Shown: in pieces, positions 1 through 13,789 of the stretch | Layout of the letters: each line of letters begins with the position of its first letter | Numbering within the stretch: position 1 is the stretch's first letter | Assembly (NCBI GenBank): GCA_951406725.2 | Contig: OX597829.1 | Coordinates: 28,024,001 to 28,088,000, forward strand | DNA: 64,000 nucleotides | Origin: Octopus vulgaris | Taxonomy: Eukaryota | Reading direction: 5' to 3' | Position numbers and translations under genes: made by a program | The notes under the pieces: model-generated | Database searches by the model: none | Told to the model about the DNA's origin: nothing | The model's input: only the letters and a program-made list of their open reading frames with translations

Positions 1-184
1 TGTGTATTTGTGTATGTGTGTGTGTGTGTGTTTGTGTGTATGTGTGTGTGTGTGCATGCATGTATTTGTTCTTCCCTCACCATTTGACAATACAGATTGA
101 TGTGTTTATGTCCCTGTAACTTAGCAGTTCAGCAAAAGAGACCAATAGAATAAGTACCAAACTTTAAAATAAGTACTGGGTTTA

Positions 185-547
185 ACAAGTGCATGATAAA
201 GAATGTGGCTTACAAATGTGAGGTGAAGGTGGATACACAGAAAGATGTGTACATTGGTGGTACCAGAGACCCATGTAAAATCATCTGCAGAGCCATCCTT
301 TTCCAATGTAAACAGAAGGCACTCCACATCACTATCTAACCTCATCTGGAAGCTCAAACAGAATGGAGTGAAGCATACAACTCACTGGTTTATTATAAAT
401 AAAATGCTGCACCATAAGATAAAACATTGAGAGTGTGCAACTTATGTCTAGAAGAAACCCTGGCGATCATCACATCCAGAAAAAACATAATTAATAGACA
501 CCCTGAAGTTATTATATCATGTAAGCATGAATGTAAGGCATTATTCC
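185..547 (+). pseudogene. Penelope-like element GIY-YIG endonuclease remnant (frameshifted)
   Basis: Manual translation across frameshifts: NKCMIKNVAYKCEV..DVYIGGT ... STSLSNLIWKLK..HWFII ... VCNLCLEETLAII..NIINRHPEVIISCKH, the C-terminal GIY-YIG pattern of PLEs. Confidence 0.75.
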
Positions 548-679
548 TAGAATTTGAAAAAAGCATTTTGAAACAGAAAAGCACTAACCATCTTTAGCAA
601 GAGAAGAACATAAACAACTGAACAAAATAGTTACTATTTTCATATGCCATATGCTATACCATTATACCACCAAAAATAA

Positions 680-908
680 TTAACCCTTTCATTACTGTAT
701 TTATTTTGAGATTCTCTGTGTTTCTTTCAATTACTTTAAATATAGCAAAGAATTTAGTAAAATAACTTAGTTATCATTAAGCTAGCGTTAGGAACATAAA
801 TTGTGACTAAGGTTTGGTGGAAGATTTTAATTCAAAACTTACGGAAACAAGACATTTGTACTACAGAGCCAGAGGCGGTTTTGGCCGGGTTGGTATCAAA
901 AGCGTTAA
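680..908. mobile_element. piggyBac-like MITE (~225 bp), uninterrupted copy
   Basis: TTAA at 680-683 and 905-908; termini CCCTTTCATTAC / GTATCAAAAGCG; homologous to the split copy at 28644-29938. Confidence 0.7.
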
Positions 909-1435
909 TAGGACATTTTAAGAAAATATCATTTGTCAACTAAAACAATGAATCCCAACAACTGAGTGGTTGTAGTGGCTGTACATGCTGACCCAACTAA
1001 CATTGGATTCCTTGAAGAGAGGCCTGCAGCGAATGAAATCAAACCAAAGAACATACTACCCATTCTGACATCTGCATACTCAAATATCAAAATAAATCCA
1101 ACATCACTACACACACCTCCATCTCCTTATAATTACCATCCTTTCCTCTCTTCCCATCACCTTCCACTCCTCCCCATCAAATACACACAGAAATGCCCAC
1201 ATACCCATATCAACCACTTCATTGGTCAAAATTAATAAACAACCATCAGTTAAACATTCCTTAATGCTATATCACCCGAAGAAATGAATACACGATCATG
1301 ATCTACCCGATGCCCATGGATACTACATGGTGTATTGTAATTATCCCAGAAATATGGACTATGATCTTAAGACACATGATTTAAGAAAAAGCGTGTAGTG
1401 ATGCATTAAAATAGTAATAAATTCCATCCTAGGAT

Positions 1436-1783
1436 TATTACCTCCACCTTAGTGGAGGTATTGTTTTCAGTCACATTTGTTTGTTTGTTTGTTTGTCCAT
1501 GGACAAGATATCTCAAGAACCTCCAAATGGATCTGGATGAAACTTTCAGAGATGTTTGGCCTCATGACTGGCATGAACTGATTAGATTTTGGGATTAATC
1601 TGGTACCAGACAAGGGTTCTGGATTATTTTTCCTGTTTTTTTTACTTAATTTTTGAGAGTAGTCGCGTTCATTTTTAGTATTCTCGTTTGTGAGTGCAAT
1701 TGAGTTTATTTCAGATATTCTCATTTTAAAAATCGACGTTGGTGTTGCCTTGGTGGAGGTTTGCACTCTCTGAGTGCTCTTGT
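1436..1783 (+). mobile_element. Helentron-associated non-autonomous element (HINE/DINE-1-like)
   Basis: 5' TACCTCCACC..GTGGAGGTA inverted repeat, (GTTT)n tract, 3' GGTGGAGGT subterminal repeat and a short GCACTC/GAGTGC hairpin; second copy inverted at ~30015-30382. Confidence 0.65.
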
Positions 1784-1796
1784 TATTATTATCACT

Positions 1797-2272
1797 ATAC
1801 ATACATACGCATGCATGCACGCATACATACATACATACATACATATACATACATACATACATGCATGCATGCATACATACATACATACATACTACACATA
1901 CATATATACATACACACACATACATACATACATACATACATGCATGCATGCATACATACATACACACACACATACATACACACATGCATGCACACATGCA
2001 TGCATGCATGCATGCATACATACATACATACATACACATACACACACACACACACATACATACATACACACACATACATACATACATACACACACATACA
2101 TACATACACATACATACACATACATACATACACATACATACATACATATGCATACATACATATGCATACATACATACATCCATCCATCCATCCATCCATC
2201 CATCCATCCATACATACATACATACATCCATCCATCCATACATACATACATACACATACATACATACATATG
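1797..2272. repeat. Compound (ATAC)n/(ATGC)n/(ATCC)n microsatellite
   Basis: Direct inspection; explains the six overlapping low-complexity ORFs. Confidence 0.95.
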
Positions 2273-2400
2273 TACTCAACAACATTCTTTAGCATGATCT
2301 CAATTTTCCATAAGGATAAAATATGTATATCCGAATTTTGTTATTTGCTCTTTCCTTCATCACGTCTTCTATAATAGTAATAATTCCTGTGTATACTTTT

Positions 2401-2511
2401 TGCACTGATGAGAACAGTGATATGTAATTAATTTAATTTAATCAAATTAATTTTAATTATTCTACCATGTTATTTACATGTTAATATCGCTGTTCGAAAC
2501 GATCGTATGCA
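2401..2511 (+). ncRNA. Type I hammerhead ribozyme with extended stem II
   Basis: TGCA-CTGATGA-GAACAGTGATAT...ATATCGCTGTTC-GAAA-CGATCG-TA-TGCA: intact core, 4-bp stem I, 12-bp stem II, palindromic stem III, GUA cleavage triplet. Confidence 0.85.
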
Positions 2512-2752
2512 TGTACTAAAATTCTTTTATATTTCAACATCTTCTTTTCTCCATTTTTTAACATACTTGTTGAATTTCTATGGGATACCTTTCCATAAAT
2601 TCTCATAACACACCATTCACATGTAACAATAATTCCATATTCGCAAAAATCTTATGCCAGTAAGCTACCAGTAAAAGGTGAAGAATCTTTGTTAGTAGAA
2701 ATCACCCTTTGGAACCCTCCAAAGTAAAGGATGAAATAAAATTCAACCTCTC

Positions 2753-2792
<40 letters not shown>

Positions 2793-3019
2793 CCAAACAT
2801 GAACAAGCAAAAAAAAAAAGCAACAATGCGAGGATGTGGAATAAGTACAGTGTTATTGGATGTTCAGGCTTTCTTGAAAAGAAAGAGGATTTAACATTTT
2901 GAGCGGAGCTCTTCGTCAGAAAAAAAGAAAAAAAATCCAAAGAAGGAAAGACGGAGAAAGAAAATTGCCAACGATACACACGCAGTAACACACACACACC
3001 ACACACACACATGCATACA

Positions 3020-3087
<68 letters not shown>

Positions 3088-3986
3088 CATATTTATACAA
3101 TGAAGTGTTCAAGAGGATCCCAGCAACAATACAACTTCTATAGGACTCAGTACACTTCTAAAGTAGCTGACATTAGGAACAGTACCCAGCTGTAGAAGTT
3201 GAATCAAGATTAGACACTGGAGTAAGAAAGGCATGGTTCTCCAACCTGTTAGAACAGGGGTTGAACTATTCAATGTATGCCAGTATGGAAAGCAAGTATA
3301 AAATGATTATGATGATGATGATGATGTGTGTGTGTGTGTGTGCGCACGTGTATGTGTCCTTGTATAAAAGAAAATGGCTGGTAAAAGACTAGCACATATT
3401 AACATCTAATTTATGATAGTGAGCACAGCTGGAATTCCTGTTATAGGGATATGGTAAAAAATTTATAAACGAGTCAGTAAATTATTTTGTCAAAATATAA
3501 TAACTCCTCCTTACTCTACTTTGTTCCTATTACAGGAATGTGCTCAAGTGCACATACCCAGCTTGGTTTTTTACTTAGGACATTTCAGAATCAATCAGCA
3601 TATTATTTTTTACGGGCTTGTCAGGAATTATGTTCAATATGTGTCCTAAAAGACATCCTAGGAAGCATATGAAAATTAATCTAAAGTTACCGGAATTATA
3701 ATAGCATTATGCAAGATTAATTATATTGAATAATGTTGTAAATTAAGTATTAAAATGATTTGCTGACGCAGTTCTTCGATAGGTGTCATTTTACACCTGA
3801 TGTAATACTTGCATTGTTTAATTAAATGAAGTCGCATGAAACGATCGTACTTCATTACCTTTGGCTATCCTTGTTGCTTATTTTGATTGTAATCACCCCA
3901 TTTTGAATTATATGGATAATACCATACCAAATTCTGGTGCCTTTAACTTAAGTACCACATTCAACTGAATCTAAATTTTTACTGAA

Positions 3987-4023
<37 letters not shown>

Positions 4024-4106
4024 GTGTGTGTATGTATTTATATATGTGTGTGTGCGTGTATATATATATATATATATTTGCATATACACATGTACATATC
4101 TATCTG

Positions 4107-4139
<33 letters not shown>

Positions 4140-4503
4140 ATATATATATATATATATACACACGCACACACATACATACACACACAGACACACATATGCA
4201 TAGGTAAGTGTGTATATACATATGTATATACACACTTACCTACTTCAAAGCCAAATGTCAGCTTAATACGTTCTACCTGAATAAAGGAAAACAAAACAGT
4301 AAAGAAAATAACAAACAATACGAAAAAAAAAATGATTGAAATAATTATTAAAAGAACATTGTAAATAATGGAGGAAATTATTGTTTGCAAAAATTACCTC
4401 AATTTAACAAATTTGGTAGTTGTGTTAGTTTCACTACACACTCTCTTTCCCTATCACTTTCTGCCTTTGCCTCTGTCTGTCTATCTGCCAGTCTCTCTCT
4501 TTC

Positions 4504-4552
<49 letters not shown>

Positions 4553-4554
<2 letters not shown>

Positions 4555-4707
4555 CAAATAAGAAAATGGAGAAGCACAATAGTTGGTTCATCAACGTTAG
4601 GACGTTAAAATGTTAACTTATTTATTTATTAAAATGATAATTATAATAACATACATACATATAGCATATTATTCTATGCATATAAAATAAGAATACAAGC
4701 AAATATA

Positions 4708-4754
<47 letters not shown>

Positions 4755-4873
4755 GTAAAATAATATGTGACTACATTTCTTCTATTTACATAATATTGAG
4801 GTCTCTTTCTTTCTTTTGTTATCTTACCGTTTTTACCAATATATATATATATATACACATATATATATATACA

Positions 4874-4959
<86 letters not shown>

Positions 4960-5760
4960 TAGAGATAAAACCACTATTAGGCAAATCTTAATTTAAAAAT
5001 ATAAAAGTTAAAAATAAAAAATTATTTAAATAATTTAAACTTATAAATTTTATATATATATACAAATATATATATATATATATGTATGTATATTTTTATA
5101 TTTATATATTATTTTATTAATTAATTAATTTATTTTTTTAGTTTTTATTTATTTATTTATTTATTTATTATTATTTTTTTTTTAATATCAAAAGTATTAA
5201 AAGTTTAATAAAAGATAAAGAGTATTCAAATGTGTGTATTTTGTTTCATATTTATATTTATATTTTTATGATTATAATCTCTGACGAGGCCTTGAGATAT
5301 ATATACAAGTACCTCACTTTTAACTGCATGTTACCTCAATACACTTGACTAATATAATCAGAATGAGATGCTTTTATTTATGGGCTGAAATAGCTGTAAA
5401 TGATTTTAATAATTTATGTTAATGTTTGTTTTAATAATTGCTTGTATTCTTAATTTATGTGCATAGAATAATATGCTATATGTATGTATGTTATTATAAT
5501 TATCATTTTAATAAATAAATAAGTTAACATTTTAATGTTCTAAAGTTCATGAACCAACTATTGTGCTTCTCCATTTTCTTATTTGCAATATAAATAAATG
5601 GTAAAATATTTCTTTACCTTCACCCATTTAATACAATAGGTAAGTTTATTGCAATGCAATAAAAAACACTTGTGTATTAATAATTGGGTTATACCAACTG
5701 TATATTGGATAGATATTATCTCTTAGTGGGTTGGACCCATAACCCCTAACTTTCTTGGAG
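4553..5760. mobile_element. Penelope-like pLTR-type element with inverted partial copy, embedded in (TA)n
   Basis: 4554-4702 is the reverse complement of ~5438-5587; 5277-5760 is homologous to 58275-58780 and carries a decayed hammerhead at 5277-5402. Confidence 0.65.
5277..5402 (+). ncRNA. Decayed hammerhead ribozyme (same family as 58275-58398)
   Basis: ATCT-CTGACGA-GGCC...GGCT-GAAA-TAGCTG-TA; the 3' strand of stem I is degraded. Confidence 0.6.
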
Positions 5761-5872
5761 TTATATGTGTGTGTATGTGTATGTGTGTGTGTGTGTGTGT
5801 GTATATTCATGTGTATATGTATCTAGATACACACATATGTAGGTGCATCTTCCCCACACACATATATTCATG

Positions 5873-5932
<60 letters not shown>

Positions 5933-6054
5933 GGATGAATGTACATATGTCTGTATGTCTGTTTGTATGTATGTAAGAGAGATTTAAGGATGAATATTAC
6001 AATTGAGAAGGTGAGTCACAACAACCTTTTTGTGTGCATAGTTTGTAACAGACC

Positions 6055-6400
6055 ATGCCTTTCTTTTGCTGGGCTCAAATCACATTTGCAAACCTATGGA
6101 AAATGAACCTCCACCAACTATTCTGCCTATATATTTGTGCACACCTTTCAATGTATGCAATGTATGCCAGAAGGTTTTGCAAATCTAATGGAGGCCTCAA
6201 AAGACATTTTAAGTTGTATATATATCAGAACTTATCTGCAGCTCTTGGTGGATATGCAAATTGGATATGCAGTCTATATGGGTGTCTTTTCAAAACACTG
6301 TCTGGTTTAAAAAGCCACATCAGATGCCATGATGGTTCTAAGGTGTAGGTAGAGGAGGTGGTCAGACTCTGCATAAGGAGTAGACAACCACCATGTAAAG
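6055..6400 (+). mobile_element. Decayed retroelement 3' end with two C2H2-like fingers (RTE-type)
   Basis: ORF contains FCKSNGGLKRHFKL and CSLYGCLFKTLSGLKSHIRCH; no splice context seen. Confidence 0.4.
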
Positions 6401-6512
6401 GTACAAACAAATATCTCTTAAAAGGAAATATTGTCTCGTTGTAAACTTGGTAGTGCTATAATAGTCCTGCTGCAGGAATGTCTAAGAACATCATATATAT
6501 ATATATATATAC

Positions 6513-6986
6513 ATAAATCGAAATTGAACCAAATTCGATGACTGGCACCCATGCCAATGGAGCACTAACAGCTCCATCCAAGCGGGATCACTGCCAGAGC
6601 AGCTGTCTGGCACATAAAGTGCACCATTTGAGCATGATCGTTGTCAGCATCGCCTCACTGGCACTTGTGCCGGTGGCACGTGAACAAAACATTCAAGCGA
6701 GGTCATTGCCAGTGCTGCTGGGCTGACTCCTGTGCAGGTGGCACGTAAAAAACACCATTTTCGAGCGTGGCCATTGCCAGTACCGCCAGACTGGCCCTCG
6801 ATGGCACTTTAAATGCACTCACTATACTCTTGGAGTGGTTGGCGTTAGGAAAGGCATCCAGCTGTAGAAACTCTGCCAGATCAGATTGGAGTCTGGCGCA
6901 GCCATCTGGTTCACCAGACTGCAATCAAATGGTCCAACCGATGCTAGCATGGAAAGCGGACATTAAACGATGATGATGATGATGAT
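6513..6986 (+). mobile_element. RTE 3'-UTR-derived non-autonomous or truncated copy
   Basis: Degenerate ~60-bp GGTGGCACGTAAAAAGCACC repeats plus the tail GGTTGGCGTTAGGAA..GCATCCAGC..AGCATGGAAAGCGGACATTAAACGATGATGAT shared with the RTE at 19975-22190; related copies at ~26355-26735 and ~51795-52105. Confidence 0.75.
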
Positions 6987-7630
6987 ATCATTTATATTTA
7001 TCTTATACTTGTTTCAGCCATTTGATGTGGCCATGCCAGGGTACTGTCTTGATGGGTGTTAGTCGAGCAAATCAACCCCGTGACTTATTTTTTCAAGCCT
7101 AGTACATATTCTATTAGTTAGAGAGTATAAACACACCAACACCTATTGTCAAGTGGTAGTGGGGGACAATCACAGACACAAAGACATAAACATATAGATA
7201 TATATATATATATATACATATACGACGTCCTTCAGCTGAGATAGAGTGAGAATTACTGATGAGTATTAATTTCCTATATGGAATTAGCATGCTAATCTGA
7301 TGCATCTTGCTCGCAGAGGGGAGGGTTTTCTTTCTTGTCAATACAAAGAAACCATGTGCTTTTTGTGGCTAAGGAGTTTACGACTCCTATATCTAGCAAT
7401 GCTTGTGCTCACTGCACCCTTGTCACTCTTAGTGACGGTGAATTATTTCCTTGCTGGTTTTAAAGTGCTGCTAGCCACCTTGATTATTTTATAAACATAT
7501 ACATGGGTACATACATACACACATACATACATACATACACACACACATGCATACATACCTATTTACATTCATACATACATTCATACATTCATACATACAT
7601 ACGTACATACATACATACATACATACATAT

Positions 7631-7718
<88 letters not shown>

Positions 7719-7807
7719 TCATCATCATCATTTAGCGTCCGCTTTCCATGCTAGCATGGGTCGGACGGTTCAACTGGGGTCTGTGAAGCCAGAAGGCTGC
7801 ACCAGGC

Positions 7808-7876
<69 letters not shown>

Positions 7877-8417
7877 CATATACATACACATATATGCCAA
7901 TTGTATCAGTTCACCAGTATATGTAAATTGGTATATGCAAATACTTACATGCATGCATACATACATGTGTGTGTGTTTTTAAGCGTGAGTGGGTGTGTGT
8001 GTGTTTGTGTGTGTGTGTACACATATATATATACACTGCATGTAGAGATACATGCATAAAGTAAATTGATTCCTTTTTCTGTATATTTATCTGCTTCTAC
8101 TGCTGCTGCTGGTGGTGGTGGTGGTGGTAAAACTGCTACTACAGTGCTATTATAGTTATCATTGGTTTAGGTGTTGCTGCCGTTGTTTTCGCCGTCTTTT
8201 AGTTGGGCTTTAAATGTCAGCTGTATAGAAAACTAAATATCTGAATGGAGAATAGAAACTCAGTGAATCTAATTGATGCTGCTATGCTGTTCACTAGCCA
8301 CCAACATCGTATGGTAAAACAAATTCTACATTATTTTGAATTTTCTATTAGGAAAACCAACTTCTCTGCTTCTGTTGGTCTGTTTCTCAGTCACTTTCTC
8401 TCTCTATCTAATTATCC

Positions 8418-8597
8418 ACCCATTCTCCTATCTATGTATCTATCAATATATCTACCTACCTATCTATCTATCTATCGACCTACCTATATATCTACTTACC
8501 TACCTATATCTATCTGTCTGTCTATCTATCTACCTACCTACCTACATACCTATCTATCTGTATATCTACCTACCTATCTACCTATCTATCTACCTAC

Positions 8598-8628
<31 letters not shown>

Positions 8629-8683
8629 CCTACCTACCTACCTATCTATCTATCTATCTATCTATCTATAACTACCTACCTAC

Positions 8684-8752
<69 letters not shown>

Positions 8753-8795
8753 AATCTATCTATCTACCTACCTTTCTACCTACCTACCTACCTAC

Positions 8796-8847
<52 letters not shown>

Positions 8848-8895
8848 TTATCTATCTATCTATCAATCAATCAATCTATCTATCTATCTATCTGT
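8418..8895. repeat. (ATCT)n/(ACCT)n microsatellite
   Basis: Direct inspection; a second tract lies at 9340-9575. Confidence 0.95.
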
Positions 8896-9356
8896 TTAGC
8901 TATCTACCCTTCAATCCTTTTGTCTCTCAAACAATTTAAGTATTTATTTGTCCACCAATGTATCTGGTTGCTTACCTTTCTAGTTACCTATCTCTGTATA
9001 TTATGCATGTATCTATGTAATGTGATGTTTGTGTGAATATATGTATGTTATATTAGTATTTTGCTTGTCAAGTCTATCTGTCATCTATCTACTTACTATC
9101 TTTTTATCCTATACCTATCATTTCTCCCCACTCTCCATCTATTTATTTATCTTACCCATTTACATATCCATTGTCTATTCATCTGTGTACGTACCTACCA
9201 ATCTATCTGTCTAGCTATTTTTAAATAACTAATTTTCAATGTGATTGTCTATCCATTAGCTTGATTAGTTATGTATGTATGTATGTACGTATGCATACAT
9301 GCATGTGTGTATATGTGTGCGCGCGCGTACGTGTGTGTGTATCTATCTACCTACCC

Positions 9357-9417
<61 letters not shown>

Positions 9418-9430
9418 GCTACCTACCTAC

Positions 9431-9525
<95 letters not shown>

Positions 9526-10193
9526 ATATCTATCTATCTGTTTGTCTATCAGTCTGTCTCTCTGTCTGTCTATCTAACACTGACTTTTATCTTCATCACC
9601 ACCGTCATTAGTGGACTTAATTTTTAGTCAATGCCTTCCTTTAATACCATATGCGTAACAATAATAATGCAACAGCAAAAAAACAAAAGAAAAATGATAA
9701 TATTAATAACAATGATCGTTATCATTTCTATCCGCTTTCCGTTTTTCATTTAATTAACATATTTCATTTGATTATTGCTTATTAATTTAATGAGATTTTC
9801 TTTCCTGTTGCGTTTGTTACACGAGCTTGCAAAGTGTGACATGACATAACACGACAAATCGTTTAAGGCGGGAAGATGGTTGGTTTACATTGACTAATGA
9901 ATTACATAGAAAACATGAAATAAACACCGGCGTTTTGTTGTTGTTGTTGTTATTGCTTGTGTCGATCCCTTTCCTTCGATGTCAGATCCGACTGAGCAGA
10001 CTTATCAAAAGCGTTCCAATTACGACCACTGATTTTTAAAAAAGTTATTTTCTTCTTCATGCTTCGATGTATTCATCAACAGCAGTCATTTAAAATTCTA
10101 AATAAGGTAAACAAGGTAGGAAGTTTTACGCTTCCCATTTTGTAAGGAGTCATCTAAGAGAAATTTATATTTTATCTGCTGTTTCTATAAGGT

Positions 10194-10238
<45 letters not shown>

Positions 10239-10310
10239 GGAGTAAACACATAATTGTGAAACAAGGTGGAAAAAAGAGTACTCAAATACCAGTGGTAGAG
10301 TAATATGCTA

Positions 10311-10371
<61 letters not shown>

Positions 10372-10529
10372 TATACACACACACACATATATATATGTAT
10401 GTATACGCGCGTGTGTATACATACATACATTACCGTTTTAAATGGTATCAGAATATCAGGTAAATACTAGTGAAACGCGACACACACCGGTACACACACT
10501 ATAATAAAAAATACTTTAGTTGGCGCGCC

Positions 10530-10581
<52 letters not shown>

Positions 10582-11510
10582 GACGTGCACCAACTAAAGT
10601 ATTCTTTATCATATACACACTCATGTAAGCGTGTAACAAATATCTTTGTATATGTTTATGTACGCATATGTGTTCCAACGTGTGTCAAAGTGTACGTAGG
10701 CATGTGTTTGTGCGGAAATTTCTGTGTGAGAGAGTGTGACGGGTGCTCGACAGAATGGTTGAATTCGCATCGCATCCATTAAATTCAAGGCTCGATATCC
10801 ACTGCGCCTCCCCTTAAGCAAGAGACTTGTGTTACTATTGGATCTGTTTCACCTTAATCCTTGCCTGTGAAATATGCGTGGATAGCAGCTGTGTGTAAAG
10901 TATGTCAGATGGATTTGAGATCTAATTCAAAGAACCATTTCCGCTAGCATGTCAAGCCGGTTCTGGCTAGAATCACAAGCATTTGTAGAAAACTCAGCTA
11001 CTAGCACTAGTAGAAATGATGATAGTTTTAATACAGGGAGAAAGTGAAAGTTGGATTTTTTTAAAAATCTTACGGGAAAAAAAGCGCGCATGCACATGCA
11101 CACACATAAACACGTGTGCGTGCCTGTACACATACAGTTTCACGCACACGTTTCACAATTACTATGTGCGTGTATGTGTATGTGTGCGTGCGCATGTGTA
11201 TATATCTTTATCATTAATCTTTTGCTTGTTTTGCATTGGTCTGCAGCCATGCTGTGGCACCGCCTTGAAGAACTTCTAGTCGACTCCGGTAATTATATTT
11301 TAAGTCGGAAACTTATTCTATGAATCTGTTTTGGCCGAACCGCTAAGTTTCAGTGACGTAAACACACCAACACCGGTTGTCAAGTGGTAGTGGGAAACAA
11401 ACACACACACACAAAGAAACACACAAACACAAAGACACACACACACACGCGCGCGCGCGCGTATATTAAATAATTGATAGGGAAGATAGACATACTGTAA
11501 GTTTTATTTA

Positions 11511-11616
11511 GCCTGACGATCGTTTCGGCTTACATCTGCACTGCTCCCTTGTGGGTGGGGAACGATATAATGGAATCGATTGCACTCCACAAAGCAGAAG
11601 AAACCTCATCAGAGTA
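11511..11616 (-). ncRNA. Type I hammerhead ribozyme with extended stem II
   Basis: Minus strand: CT-CTGATGA-GGTTTCTTCTGC...GCAGATGTAAGCC-GAAA-CGATCG-TC-AG; GUC triplet, palindromic stem III, weak stem I. Confidence 0.7.
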
Positions 11617-11835
11617 CACGATACATTACAGTGTTATAATATGTACATTTCGTTCCTGCGACTAAAGTGCAGTACGACGGAAGACGCCTGGTAGCCGTAT
11701 GTGGTGAACGTGCTCTCAAGGTACACTACTAGGGACATACCCAAAACAAGGTTTGGATACAACATTTTAAAGTAATTTATTTAAACCCAGAACTATATCG
11801 CTGGGCAGCAAGCTTCTTACCACAGAGCCACCCCT

Positions 11836-12215
11836 TATCTTTAACTTGTTTCCGTCATTAGACTGCAGCCGCACTGGGGCGATGCCTTGAAGAATTTTCT
11901 AGTCAAAGGAATCACCCCCAGTACTTATTTTAAAAACTTGGTACTTATTCTATGGAGTCTCTTTTGCTGAACCGCTAAGTCACAGGACGTAAGTACAACA
12001 CTGGTTGTCACATGGTGGTGGGACATCTTCAGATACAAAGACACACTCTTACACACACGCATATAAATGACGGGATTCTTTCAGTTCCTGTCTACCAAAT
12101 CCACTGACAAGGCTTTGGTCGGCTCGAGGCTATAGATGCTACGCAGTGTGACTGAACCCGGAACCATGTACTTGCGAAGAGAAGCAAACTCCTTACCACA
12201 CAACCATGTCTGTGC
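11836..12215 (-). mobile_element. tRNA-derived SINE family 1 (CORE-like), diverged
   Basis: Homology to the copies at 57607-58023 and 60853-61295. Confidence 0.75.
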
Positions 12216-12263
12216 TTATATATATGTATGCTTTGAATTTATGTATGTATGTATGTATGTATA

Positions 12264-12595
12264 TACTCTTTTACTTGTTTCAGTCATTTGACTGCAGCCA
12301 TGCTGGAGCACCGCCTTTAGTCGAACAAATAAGCCTAGTACTTATTCTATCGGTCTTTTTTGCCGAACCGCTAAGTTACAGGGACGTGAACACACCAACA
12401 TCGGTTGTCAAGCGATGGTGGGGGGACAAACAGACACACACACATACACATATACACGACGGGCTTCTTTCAGTTTGCGTCTACCAAATCCACTCACAAG
12501 AAGACACTTGCTCAAGGTGCCATGCAGTGGGACGGAACCCGGAGCCATGTGGTTGGTAAGCAAGCTACTTGCCACACAGCTACTCCTGCACCTAT
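12264..12595 (-). mobile_element. tRNA-derived SINE family 1 (CORE-like)
   Basis: Reverse complement of the family (head ..GTGTGGCAAGTAGCTTGCTTACCAACC.., tail GACTGAAACAAGTAAAAGAG). Confidence 0.85.
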
Positions 12596-12699
12596 AGTCG
12601 AATGAATCGGCCCCAAGTTGGTAGGTTTGCTGTGGTAGTTCGTGCTTTGGGGTTGACTATCAGCACCAAGAAGACCGAAGCCTGGGATAGAATATACTC

Positions 12700-13270
12700 G
12701 AGATTTAAGTCTGATGATTGACAAGAATCCACTCAAATGGGTCAGGCCACTTAAATATCATGGAAATTCACTAAACTTTAAGAATACTTTTTATGACGAA
12801 ATCAATGTTAGAATATCTAAAGCTGCACCATTTGTGGGGTGGACACGGTATCAGTCTAAACACTAAAATTTGTATTTGCAAATCTTGTATTTTGAGCACA
12901 CTCTTGTACGTGGCAGAAGCACAGACTCTCTTCTACAGACATATAAAGAAACTTGAAATCTTGCACATGTGCTGTCTTCGCAAAACTGGCAACATAAAAT
13001 GTCAGAATTTTAGAAAAATGTATCGAAAGCATACTATTGAGAATTCAGTGCAGATGGGCAGAATATGTTCGAATGAAAGATGATCGCATTCCGAAAATTA
13101 TTTTCTATGGCCAACAAGTAGAGGGATACCATGGTAAAAGAAGACCGATCTTTAGGTATAAGGATAAGTTAAAGCAAGCGCTAAAATCTCTACAGCTTAA
13201 TTTGACATCTTGGAAAATTCATTGACTAGACTGATCTGCATGACGTAAAATGTGACACGCTGCATTAAAA
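12700..13270 (+). pseudogene. RTE (BovB-like) LINE 3' remnant
   Basis: HGISLNTKICICKSCILSTLLY, RHIKKLEILHMCCLRK, RWAEYVRMKDDRIPKIIFYG..RPIFRYKDKLK. Confidence 0.8.
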
Positions 13271-13789
13271 CAATTTGATTTAATGAAACAAAGTTATATC
13301 CTGCAATCAACAGACATATTTGTCCAGTCCATGACAAAATCAAAAATCATCAGTGTCCCCTTGGTGACGTTTGAGCAAAATCCATACCTGAACTCAAATT
13401 ACATCCATTTCAAATAGATGCAGTTTCTTTTATCTTTTTAATCCATTCCTTCCAACACTCATACGACGGTAGGACTTTATATACATATGTGTGTGTGTGT
13501 GTGTGTATGTACATGTGCATGTGTGTGTGTGTATATGCGTGTGTGTGTATGTGTAAGGTTGTTTGTTATGATCGGTCAGAGAGTGACCATTGGTTTCGCG
13601 CCTGTAAAGCGCTTATCTATATAGGTGACTCGTCAAGCTCAAATGGCCGGAGGCACATAACATCTTCACAACTACTGCTAAGTATAGTGTAAAGTGACCG
13701 AGCATGATAAGGCTGGCATTTTGTACACACGCACACACACACACATACACACACGGATGGTTAACTATTATGGTCGATAAAGTCCAAAG

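Noticed and set aside
185-547. Selenocysteine read-through as reported for some PLEs
   Set aside because: The TGA near 428 coincides with a frameshift, not a conserved Cys position.
1467-2374. Long ORFs rich in MYVC/HTYI
   Set aside because: Translations of (ATAC)n microsatellite; the same applies to most ORFs in the track.
6055-6348. Host C2H2 zinc-finger gene
   Set aside because: Only two damaged fingers without TGEKP linkers; better explained as a retroelement C-terminus.
7250-7360. Hammerhead (CTGATGAGTATT...AATACAAAGAAAC)
   Set aside because: GAAA does not abut stem II and there is no stem I or NUH pairing.
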